Of a stretch of 64,000 bases of DNA, positions 12,491 to 24,374 are shown in pieces. Source of the stretch: Azolla caroliniana (taxonomy: Eukaryota; Plantae; Polypodiophyta); the NCBI GenBank assembly GCA_043228905.1, contig JBHGNT010000020.1, positions 15,066,001 through 15,130,000 of the forward strand. Direction: 5' to 3'. The notes beneath the pieces are model-generated. The model was not told the origin of the DNA and searched no databases. It saw only the letters and a program-made list of their open reading frames with translations. Position numbers and translations under genes: made by a program. How positions within the stretch are numbered: position 1 is the stretch's first letter; each line of letters opens with the position of its first letter.

Positions 12491-13636
12491 GCTTGCACCT
12501 CAAGCTCTGATACAAGATTGTTGAGAAATCGTTCGGTCAAATCGCAATAAACGAACTATGTTGAAATATGAATCACACCAGTATGCTAGAGAGAGACAAG
12601 ATAAACAATAGTGCACAAAGATTTACGTGGAAACCCTAAAACGGGAGAAAACCACAGACAACAGAACTTCACTATATAGTGGATATACAACAGAGGGTAT
12701 GTTACAGCACTCTTACGAGTGTATCAGCCACGAGTGGCTCGTAGTGTTTGCTGTTACGCACACAGCTATGGCGCCGCACACTCTCTCTATTTCTCTCTCT
12801 GCTCACTCCTTACGCTCTCGTGCTACTACTGTTCTACTACACTTTTCTACCGTTTTGCCCTAAGTGTATTTATACTTATACACTATATGGGCTATTTACA
12901 AATGTAGCCTCTGCTACGTATCATTATTATTATTGCTATAATAATAATAGTCGAACTATCAAACAGTCGACTCACTATTTTTGACTCTTTGACTGTCGGC
13001 TTGCGAAACAGTCGGATCTTCCTGTCTTCGACTGTCGGCACTCCTTCGTCCGATCAGTCGACTCCTCATAGTCATCGACCGTCAGCAACTTCTGGACAGT
13101 TAGTTCCTCCTCCCACTGGAGGGACATATTCCCAACAATTTGTGTCTCCGATGAGGACCGTACATGGTCGCTGACACCCGTTGGTGTTCGTGTCTCCAGT
13201 GAGGACCACACATGGTCGTTGACGCCCGTTGGTGTTACAGTCTACGGTGAGGACAACACATGGTCGCTCACGTCCATTGGTGTTCCTGTCTCCGGTGAGG
13301 ACCGCACATGGTCGCTCACACTCACATTGGTGTTCCAGTTTCCAGTGATGATCATACATGGTCGCTGACACTCACGTTGGTGTTCCGGTCTCTAGTGCAG
13401 ACCACACATGGTCGCTCATGCTCACGTTGGTGTTCCGGTCTCCGGTAAGGACCAACCATGGTTGCTCACGCTCACGTTGGTGTCTAGTCTCTGGTGAGGA
13501 CCACACATGGTTGCCCGTGTTCCTATTTCTAGTGAGGACTGCTCATGGTCACTCACACCTCAACGTACTTTGGTTTTCTCTTTCAGCTCACACGTACACC
13601 ACACTTTCGAAAAGGCGGCCGTAAAGGGGAGGATAA

Positions 13637-14071
13637 TGTCACAGACATGAAGAAAAGATTTGAACTCTTGACGTCTTGTATATAGTCAAGTGTTGTGTTC
13701 TAACCAACACATCCAAATACAAGGTCATGTTATGTACATCTTAGTAGATTATTAGTAGATTATCTATTTTAAGTTCTAGGAGTTTTTAGAAAGTTCTAGA
13801 ACTAGAAGGTTCTAAAGGGTTCTAGAATATTCTCCCTAATATTTTATGGCATGTACTTCAACTCATAGCATAAATACTTGTAACCTCCTTGTTCCCTTTC
13901 AAGGTATTCAACACCAGTCATTGACACATCAATCTAGTATTCTTCTTCCATTCCACCTTTGTCACCTTCATCTTTTTCTTTATTCTCTTATGTTGTTCCT
14001 ATTATCTTAAGTTCCTTGTTAGCCTTGTCATTCGTTTTCCATCCGAGTCCGTGGTTCGTTTGTCTGTGATA
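13637..14071 (+). repeat. Terminal LTR of element Z
   Basis: PPT followed by TGTCAC...GTGATA; junction with the host gag at 14072. Confidence 0.8.
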
Positions 14072-15181
14072 GTTGTCCGGTTGAGTGGTCCTAGACCCAC
14101 TCGTGTGGTTTTCTTCGACCATCAACATAGATTGCAGGTCGAAAAAGGACGGTGGCTTCTCCCGACTGCAAATTGCGGTCCGGATTGGCCCGTATTGTTG
14201 TGGTAGACCACCGATGCAAATTTCGATCATTTCGTCTTCCTCCACCGTCACATTGATGGACCCGAGCGCATCACAAATCTCCTTTATTTTGGTGGTGTAC
14301 TCGGTAACCAACATATCTCTCTGCCGGATGTTGCTCAGCTATTGTCGGAGCTGCAACTTATAGGTTGTGGTACTTGTAGCGAAAATCTTTCAGAGATTTT
14401 CCCAGGCCTCCTTCCGTGTTTTTCCAACTTTGATGTAGTTGAGGATCTGGTCATGCACACAGGACACGAGCCAGTAAACCGCTCTACTCACTCCTTATTC
14501 CCATGATGGGAAGTCCTTGGGTGCCAGTTCCGGTGCTACATCATTCGTTCCTCCCACATAGCTCCAGTAACTATGCCCTAGTAGGTACTGATGCATTTTA
14601 TACAACCAGGAGGCATAGTTGCTCCGATCAAGCTTTTCGGTCGGAAGTGAACTTGCCATTCCTCTGTCCATCTTTTGGTTCTCTTTTGTTCTTCATCGGG
14701 TGTTCGGGTTTTTCTTCGATAGCGTCTGTCGGTTGTAGAGGAGTGTCAACCCTCGCGCTCTAATACCATGTTAAAGTAAATGTGCAGAAGCTTATGAGAC
14801 AAAACCGGCTATACCGGGTAACAACAGAATATTGAGAAGAAAGGTTTAATGGAGAGCTTACGCAAGGGAGAGACAAAGAGAGCAAAAAGCAAAAAGTTAA
14901 TTCAAAATAATAACACTCTGTACATAAAATGTGCTTAGAGAGCACTTTTATACAATTCCATAAAGGACTAACAGGTACTTCAATGCTCATACGAGCACTG
15001 ACATTGACTCCCAAAAATATGCCTACGTACTAAGCTAGATCTGTAGGCCTCTAACGGGCTACCGATTTCAATCTGATCCGGCTCCTGGTTACGAATACCG
15101 ATCTGGTTGTCCGTTCCGGATATCAATCCGGCTCTAGTTTCTTCAGCCGATCCGGATCCGGTTGAGCTTGCTCGCTCAACA
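14072..15181 (-). mobile_element. Element D: 5' end of a Ty1/copia element (LTR 14769-15181, PBS 14757-14768, degenerate gag) interrupted by Z
   Basis: TG...CA LTR; GCTCTAATACCA PBS(Met)-like; gag peptide TKIKEICDALGSINV...PPSFFDLQSMLMVEE. Confidence 0.85.
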
Positions 15182-17215
15182 ACTATAATCCTTGCCTATA
15201 GTGTTTTGCAGTACAAAATAATCATACCTTGGCTCCATCAAGCTCAACTCGATGTATTGATGATGAGTTTGTTGTACTTATATGAGGTTAATGCACATGA
15301 AGGAAGACTAAGGAAAGATTCAAATACAAGTGTGGTGCTACATTGGAGAAAATCATTTTGTTGCATAGTACAACTGCAAAGAGTGCATGATACAACGCTA
15401 AGATTTTCCAAAGTGGCTCGAAATCAGAAGGAGTGGATGAAGAGATGTGTTCTCGTTACAAAAATAAGTTGTGGGAATTTATCTCAACTTGGACACACAA
15501 GGAGGTTACCAGTTGTAAATGGATTTACAAAGTAAAGTACAAATCCCAAGGCTCTATCAACTTGTACAAAGATCAACTCCATGAACAAAGAATGTGGTCA
15601 AATGCATGACATTGATTACAACAAGACCTTTGCACCAATGTTCAAGATGATTAGCATGTAGACCATACTAGCACTCAACACATTGAAAGATTCATACCTT
15701 CACCAAGTAGATGCAAAGAAATCCTTCCTCCAAGGGGACCTTGAGGAAGAATCACATAGTAGACATAGTAGAACAAGCCAAATTCAAGTCATAAACCCAC
15801 CTACACATAGTATGTTGCCTAAGGCAGCAAGTGAATAGTCTCAAGACAGCATACAAAGCGTATAACATGTGAAGGCCACACAGTGCTCACACAATATTAA
15901 CCGTTTGTATGTCCAAGCCAAACAATTCTCTTTACGTATAATGTGAGTTGTTTCTATAGCATTATGCTCAATCTTTTGTAGCAATCCCTAATCATTAGAG
16001 GAAATCACTTCGTTGGGATCAATAAAGTAAATCTTTCCTCGCCATTATATTCTAAATAAAGCATATGGATGAGCTTCACTAAATTCTTGGCATCACGATC
16101 ATTCACACTTATTCTAGGATCTTCTCGACACTAAATTATATTCTGAACTTGTTGCTCAAATTCAACATGAAGAAATGCAAGTCCATTATGACTTTGCCAA
16201 AGTGTAAAGATTTAACCTAACCTCAACTCTGTTGCTAGTGATCCAACCTAGCATTACCAATTTGATGAGTCACTCACCCCAATCTTAGTTATAGGGTTCA
16301 ACTCCTTGACTAATATCTGCTAGCACCATGAGATGGAGAAGTTGATTGCGCTAAACAGATAATGCAATGTGCAAGTGGCATCATGGATTAGAAGATATTA
16401 TATGAAGTGAGAGTGTCTATCCAACTCGAAGGCTACATAAATGCTAATTGGGTTCATAGTTCAATGGCTCAAAGGTTGACGATTTGGTTTTACATTCTTA
16501 TGGGAAAGTAGCACCATATCTCAGAGTAGCAAAAGCAACTTGTAATGGCTCTATTGAGCACATAGACAAAGTATAGGGATGTGATCATCTCCGTAGGTTC
16601 AAGTGGATCTTGTAAGAATTCCCCATCAAGATCAACAAGCTAGTTTCACTATTTTGTGACAATCTTAGTAGTATATGATTGGAAAGGAAACTAGTTTTAC
16701 ATTAGCACAAGAAGCACATTAAGGTGCGCTACCAATATATCTAGAACTATCATCAAATTATGGAAATAGTTTTAATTAAGTGCTTAGAATAGTCAATGGC
16801 CATCAACCAAACATTACTTAAGCTGCCAAGCTTGGGGAGGTGTGCAAACATGAGCAAAGGACAACACAAGCTTGTCAATCAGTTCATAGTCAACACACTT
16901 AAGCATTACAGATAGTGATAAGATATGAAGCTCAACACACTCACAAACTCCTCTACCATAACTTATTAAGTTTCCTATCATATGTATATATATAATGTTA
17001 TAGATATTCTATTTCCTACCAAATGATAATAGTAAATGAGTTGTGATATAATATCTACTAAAATGGTTGTTGCTTCATATAAATCACCCCTTTCCCTGTG
17101 TTATGATGTGTTTGATTCTTTGTCAATTCTTACTATAAATATACACGTGTGTCTTTAGTATGATTGAGTGAATATCTCTCTAACCTTAAGTCTCACACCT
17201 ATATGATATAACAAT
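15182..17215 (+). mobile_element. Element F: heavily degenerate copia RT/RNase H with PPT and probable 3' LTR remnant
   Basis: Decayed peptides CKWIYKVKY, IDYNKTFAP, HQVDAKKSFLQGDLEEE and CDNLSSI; PPT-like GCTTGGGGAGG near 16830; right boundary approximate. Confidence 0.7.
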
Positions 17216-17780
17216 ACAAACACACATAGTTTACACATTTCTATTACATCACATGAGAATTACAATCTAGTTCTCCAAATCATCATACTTTGTGTAACAA
17301 CTCTCTCTCTCTCTCACTTTGCAAAACTCTAAAAGCACAAGTCTTAAAGGCATTTGCACTCTCTAAACACACACTTCTTAACTCCAAGCCTTTTTAAGTT
17401 CCTCAAGCACACACATATAATTGGGCTTGGAGGGTTCACACTAGGAAAATTTAAGCCCTATCACTTTGCAAAGTCCTCAAAGCATTTGAACTCTCTAATC
17501 ACACACTTGTTAACTCCAAGCCGTTATAAGTACCTCGGGCACACGCATATAATTGGGTGTGGAGGGTTCACACTAGGAAAATCTAATGTTTCTTTCCCTC
17601 TTGTATATCTTATTTACTTTAGAAATAAAACTAGGCACCAACAATTTTCAAGATGTGGAATCCTTGACACACATTTATATCTATTAACACTAACAAAAGC
17701 TATGAGAATTATTTTCTAACTTTAATGTAGTAAATTGTGACTTATTAATTTCATGTAATTAACCCGTCAAATATATGTAG

Positions 17781-20700
17781 GGATTTAAGCAATAACTTTT
17801 TGAGTGGTGAAATACCTGATTCATTGTCAAAGTTGCCGAAGCTAACATACCTGTACGTATCTCAATGTTGAGTTTTTTCTATCCAAATATTAATTTATAT
17901 TGCCTTTATCTATTTAAGGTTCTATTTATTTCTATGACAAACTTAATATATTACAACTTTTTTAAGTGATTTATAACAACTTGGCAAACAACAAAATAAT
18001 GATTTAGAGTCTAATCTACCAATTGTGTCATTACAAATCTTTATTTACTATTATGAACCACTTAATATATTGCAATGATTTTCTAGTAACTTAGCCAACA
18101 ACAACTTTTATGGGACAATACCACCAACATTACTACAAAAACCAGGTCTTGTTTTCAGGTATGTTCACGTTTAATATCTCTACAAGCCAAAAAGAATATC
18201 GTGTCATTACACATAAACATGAAAAATGCTAACTCACATTTATGCTTCTCATCTACATTATAAAAAAATCTAATTGTAAACAAAAATGAGATGTCACTAG
18301 TGAATATGCAGAGAGAAACACGGTGAACTCTAAGGTGACGGGATAGAAATGTTATAACTTATTGGCAATTTGGTAAACACGCTATGTTGTCTTGTGTATA
18401 TAATTTCATCAAAAGTGAAATTGTCGTTGTAAGTATTTGCCAAAACCGAATCTTCATTTTACAAATTGTACATATAATCAAGCAAAACGGAGAAAAAAAT
18501 TCTAACAAGGTCCTATCCAATATAAGCTTTCAATGTGAAACATAGCTTTCTCTCCATACGCTATGCAAGATAAAACCATGTAAAACATTAAATACTAAAA
18601 GAACTTCTTTTATTGAACCTTGTACTTATCATACTTGATTATATCAAACAATGGCTCTCTTATTTGGTCAAATGCTAGTGGTACTTGACACTAGGACCTC
18701 AACAGTGGTTACAGAATATGTGCCCGTAGGTAATTTATGTGCATGGCACAATATTTGGTCCACCACTTTGTCCATAATCATGGAGTCTAAAGCTTGCATA
18801 CATTTGCATAATGCACATTGCAAACCATTGGTGTGTTGCAAACACAGTGCATTAAAGCAACCCATATCTCTATAAAGGTTATATGGGTCTACTCCAAGAA
18901 TGGGGGCTTGGTTAGTTTTGGAATTTCTGACATCTAGTCGGATGGGTCAAATTTTCAGTAGAATTTTGAATTGTTCTAACTTCTAATACTATTTCTCCAA
19001 AAACTTTGGAAACCATACGTTAAATTAGACTACAAGGAAGTAACCATTAGATTAGAATGTAACCAAATTATATTCATAATTGTATTAAAGATGGAAATGT
19101 TGGAAATTGGGATGACCAAATTTTACTATGTCACAATTTATAGAGAAGAGGACATGCATTTTGAGATGGTCATGTTTGCTCTCACAAAGACAAAGGAAAG
19201 CATAAACTTTTAGCTTGAAACTCGGATTTTCAGATACTATGGAAATCCAAATTTAATCGAGCCAGCACCGACAAAGAAGACAAACATTGCTTTGATTATC
19301 GGAGCCAGTGTTGGTGCAATACTATTTATTATTTTAGCAGCAACAATTCTGTACATTGTGGTTTGTAGAAAGATTCGAACACAGAAGTCAAGAGAAACAC
19401 AAATAGTACAACCTCCAATTGATGTCCCATCTACACTTGTTTGTCAAGATCGTACTGGTATATTGCTTACTTCTCCTCAAGAGAATGTAATTCATTCGTT
19501 GGCAACAATGCTTGGTCTGCGTTTCTATTTTATACTAACAATTAATCCTAAAAATACATTTCCAGAAGAAGCTAATTTCAGTCAATTTTATCTACAGTTA
19601 ATGTTAAGAAAGAAGAGCTTATTAAAGCGACTAATGTTGCGAAAGAATTTACGTTTGAGGAGATCAAAACTGCGACAAATAACTTCTCCAAACTCCTTGG
19701 TGAAGGTGGATTCGGTTTGGTATATAAGGGATATCTTTCGGTTGGTTTAGATGTAGCTGTTAAAAAATTATCTGACGCTTCAAAACAAGGACCAGAAGAA
19801 TTTCTCAATGAGGTATTTAATCTCTTTTTAATTATATGTATTTATTTTCTTATGGTGAGTCCAATAGGAATGCATATGATCTTCCATAAGTCCTTGTTTT
19901 CTTAAGCAAAGTAGGATTGCAATAGTCATGAATTTGAGTCCATAGACGACTATCTAGCAACTCAATTCAAACCACAAAACTAGCAAAAATGAGACATACA
20001 AACATTAAGCCCCTTATACTAAGTGTAGTATTCAAACACTTATCATCTAATATCCTTCATAAAACAAATGAATGTCCAAGCCAAACTAGTTAAGCCTTAA
20101 TCCAACCAAATTGGTAATCCATAAGAATCAACAACATTTCAATTTTTCCCTAAATAGTTTGGCTTTGTCCAAGCCAAATGTTTCCAAACCAATTTGGGAG
20201 TTTTCCAACCTAAACTGAACTACACTAAATTGATCCCTACACCGGTTAAGCCGAAATCAGTTTGGCAAAACCAATTAATCCTAAACCAGTTTGGGAACTA
20301 GTTTGGAAAGGCTGAAGCCGAACCGCACCAAGCTCAAACCACTTTAAGAATTTCAACCCTAAAGCAAGCCGAAGCAAACCGTCAAGCCATTTAAAAACGG
20401 TTTAACAACTTGATTCCATCTTGAGCGGAGTTGTTGCTAACTTCTAGATAGGATTTGGCGTATTCTTCACCTTTCCCATACATCTAATGTCAGGTTAATG
20501 TGATATGTCCTTTTGTATTTTCGTTTACCCACATAGTTGTGGCTAACTCTCATCAAACCTTCTAGCTCCATGGATCTGGACATTGTTTTAAACAAAGCGA
20601 TTGAGTAGGACATGTTCCACTTTACCTTAAAGAGGTTAATAGGCTATGTCCTCATGGGTTTTCCTTTACCCACATAGTCGTGGCTTGATCTTATCAAACC

Positions 20701-23345
20701 TTCTACCTCCATTGGATTTGCATATTGCTTTAACGAAAATGATTGAGTATGATATGTTCCACTTGACTGTAAAGAGGCACCTAACTATCAAAATGTGTAC
20801 CTTTTTGTTGGGATCATCATTATGTATCATTAGTAAGGCGGACTATTGCAACATAAAAAAGATATATCAATTCATTGTGATGCCAAGATTGTTTTCGACG
20901 TAGAAGGTACTGGCTCATCCTAAGCACTCCTACATAGTTCTACCAAATATATTTTACTATGAATGTAGGCATTTCAAATATAATGATTGTATATTATCTT
21001 TGTGAGCTTAAATCAACCTACATGATGAAATGTAAATGTAAATCATAATATAAGATAGCCTTTAAGTAACAAAAAAATTTGTTGTCCAATATATTTAAAC
21101 AAAGTCACATAGCCTTTGTTGTCCCCCCACTCCAATCAATAACTTTCTTTAGGTATACTCCCAAGAGGTTTTCAAACACGAAACCATATAAGGAGTTGCA
21201 AAGTGAGAGTAAAAACACCGAATTGGTTAGAAAGTTCATAGACACAACCAAATTCACAAGGACTAGATGTGATCTATCATACAAATAATGTGAATCAAAA
21301 CAAAAAGTACATCATTAGGTCATAAATTATAGTTTCAATCTTTGAAACCACAAGCTGAAGTTATCCTTTAATCATTATGTTTATTTGATTAATCACAATA
21401 AAAAACTTAGAACACTTAGAAACACTCAAGAAATTAGCAGTTTAGCACTAAGGTTAACATCATTTGTCTTATCTCTAATTGCATCGTACTTCATTCTTGT
21501 CACCATGAGTAACATTATATAAATGTGTACTGACACTAGCTTCATTTCATATTATCAAATTTAAATTTATAATCATGACCTAAATTGGACATATTTCTAC
21601 AAAATATACTTTATGACCAACATTGTATACATGTTTACTTACATTAACTTTATTTCACATTATTTACCATCATGACCAACATTGGATATATATCCACTAA
21701 GTTAACTTTATTTTTCAGAATATTATCAAGAAATAGATTCAATAACAAAACTCTCATTGTTGGAAACTTTTGTAGATTCTGATGTTTGAAGTGTTTCTTT
21801 ATTTTTTAAATTTTAGGTTACTCTTTTGTCTCGTGTTCACCACAAGAACCTTGTCGGATTTGTGGGATATTCCATCGAGAAATCACTCATATTGGTTTAT
21901 GAATTTATGTCAAATGGTTCATTACATGATGCCCTATCGAGTAAGATAAGTTATAAATTATTTACATATTTCTTTAATTTGTCCTAGGCTTTTGTCTAAA
22001 ACCTTTAATTTGCAAATGATGTTGAGATTTCATCATGAGATTTCATCATGAGATTTCATCGACAACCCTCACCATGAACCCCCTCACCATGTACCTATGC
22101 ATACTAACTGCACATATTGAATTGATAAAAATTCAACTGCATAATTCATTAATATTAGGAAGTTTTAGAACTCTATTGATTTATGATAAAAGAAATGTTC
22201 ATAACATTATAAGAATATGTAAAATGCACTTGATTCTAAGCATACACATGTAACAAAGAATAATAATACAATATTTTTGGCTTAATCACTTAATTAAGCC
22301 TCCATCTACATTTGTCATTTGTATGTTTAACGGTCAAAAGGACGAAAAACATCACCAAATCTTTCGTGGCGTCAAAGATTACAAATTTTATTTGATGCTG
22401 CACAAGGTAAAAAATAATTAAATAGTATATTAAAGTTTTACACTCAATATGTTTCCATATTATTGTGTTGTAATATTTTTTTGAATGTAGGACTTGCATA
22501 TCTACACCATGGATGTAACATCATTCATAGAGATGTGAAAAGTAGCAATATTTTATTATCTCAAAATCTAGAAGGGAAGATGTCTGATTTTGGAATATCA
22601 AGAATCACACACAATGATATAAATCCTGTAACAACAAGGGTTGTTGGTACTACGGGATACCTAGATCCAGCGTAAGTTTTTGTGTTCTTAAATCTTATAA
22701 TATGCATAGTGTATTTTTAAACATCATTCATGACTTTATGTAGGTGAAATTTCCTTATATCATTCTAGGTCTTTAAAGCCTTATTCAAGATGCTAACAAT
22801 GTTCCACTCCCATAACATCAACGTTGGTTATGCCAAATTTTATATTTTATACTATTTATTTCCATAGGTATGCATACACATCAATATTGACTGAGAAGGT
22901 TGATATATATAGCTTCGGTGTGGTTCTTCTAGAAGCTATATGCGGACGACGTCCCATTATAAAAGATAAAACACAAAAAATTGACATCCATATTGTTGAA
23001 TGGGTATGATAGCTAAAAAGTGAAGAAATTATGTTATAATTTCATATGTAAATTGAATAAATTATATTTTAAAATGTTCTTATTTCATAGGTAAAATCCT
23101 CTTATGAAAATGGAATGATTGAAGAATTTATAGACCAACGACTTGATAATGAATATAATGTGTCGTCAATATGGAAAGTAGTAGAGATTGCAATGGCTTG
23201 TGTCCAGTTTGAAGCAATGAAAAGACCTACAATGGCCGATATTTGTAATGACTTAGCTGAAGCTGTAAGAATGGGAGAGAATTTTGACTTCTCATCGAAG
23301 GTCACTGAAGAAACTCCATCATATTCAAATGTGCAACCTCGATGA
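17781..23345 (+). CDS. LRR receptor-like Ser/Thr kinase (LRR-I type), 3' part; 5' exons not in window
   Basis: Exons 17781-17852, 18087-18158 (72-bp LRR exons), 19234-19457 or 19514 (TM), 19598-19812 (GEGGFG, VAVKKL), 21817-21940, 22341-22406, 22491-22671 ([11 protein letters not shown]), 22868-23003, 23091-23345; GT-AG introns in consistent phase. Confidence 0.9.
20085..20410. mobile_element. Degenerate AAACC-rich MITE-like relic in an RLK intron, related to 46577-47231
   Basis: Short AAACC/GGTTT repeats; its reverse complement resembles 46605-46660. No clear TIR or TSD. Confidence 0.4.
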
Positions 23346-23956
23346 GGATTATGCGCAAAAGTAGCAAGTTTGTATATACGTGGATATAATCGACAGACAC
23401 ATAAAACTTGGTCTTTTACTATTAATTCTCACTAATTCTAGTGTTTTGTACTTCAACTAATAAAACTATCTATGGTTGAGAATACATTTTTAGTGTTTTA
23501 TGCCATATAAAAACATGTGATCAACATTTTATAATACATGCTTTGATTGACTGTATTAAATTTAGTAAGATAATAAATATACAAGAATTAATTCATTAAG
23601 CATGATGTATGTGATATGTATATACACTATATCCGTATCATTGTTTCAAATTCTGTTATAGTATTGGATGTCTTCTTGAGTGTACACATGCATCGACAGT
23701 ATGGTATCCATAAGTTAACTAATAAGTTAAATAACCTTCTAGTTTTTTAAGTTAAAATTCACTACAACAAAATGAGTCTAAAAATCTTGATAGAAAGACT
23801 CTTGATACAAAATCTTGAAAAGTCTAAAAATGAATATAGTTATTGATCATTTGGTGTGAGAATCAAAAACTTTTGTTAATTATGCTCAAAATCCACATAT
23901 TAGCATTTAGAAAGACTCTTAATACAAAATCTTGTAAAGTCTAAAAATGACATCAT

Positions 23957-24374
23957 TTTTGAAAACGATTACTTGCGGAAGCGTTAGAAGACAGGGAAAT
24001 CAGGGAATACACAGAGTACACGGGAGAGACAGAGAGAGCAAAACGCAAAGGCTATATTCAAAACAATATAAAACACTTAGTACCATACAACTATGCTCAG
24101 TAGCACTATTTATACAAGTCCTCGTGGGACTGACACAAGTACCGTGTACTTCAATGCTCACACGAGCTTCTTACACTTACTACGAGACTATAATTGCCTA
24201 GTAGTCTGAACTAATACTAGGCTTCCGGTTACCGATTGGATCCGGCTAACCGGCTCCCTAGCTCACTGGCTCTGTTGCTTGCCAGCTTGGTTGCTCACGG
24301 CTTACCGATCCGTCTCGTTTGCTGGCTCAGGCTTATCCAGTCGATCCGGCTCCAGTTGAGCTTGCCGCTCAACT
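23957..24374 (-). mobile_element. LTR related to element D's LTR, inverted relative to adjacent element E
   Basis: Shares TACTTCAATGCTCA and GTTGAGCTTG...CTCAAC blocks with 14769-15181; ends degenerate; no TSD. Confidence 0.6.

Larger units (their letters stand above)
2489..13137 (-). mobile_element. Element A: full-length degenerate Ty1/copia (Tnt1-like) LTR retrotransposon
   Basis: 5' LTR 12519-13137; 3' LTR 2489-2675 plus 7917-8396, split by insertions; TG...CA ends. TSD GTTTG/ATTTG. PBS(Met)-like at 12504-12515; PPT at 8397-8409. Confidence 0.93.
1..14071 (+). mobile_element. Element Z: tandemly repeated non-autonomous gypsy-type LTR unit (~1.85 kb per unit), interrupted by copia A; left end outside window
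   Basis: Two related ~435-bp LTR-like repeats at 1137-1574 and 13637-14071 (TGTCAC...GTGATA). Each is preceded by a PPT (AAAGGGGAGTATAA / AAAGGGGAGGATAA). Internal sequence 1-230 matches ~1943-2160. The right end abuts the interrupted gag of element D at 14072. No PBS or pol seen. Confidence 0.7.

Noticed and set aside
17930-18000. Extra LRR exon (NLANNK)
   Set aside because: Partial duplicate of the next exon's acceptor region, lacking a proper AG and hitting a stop.
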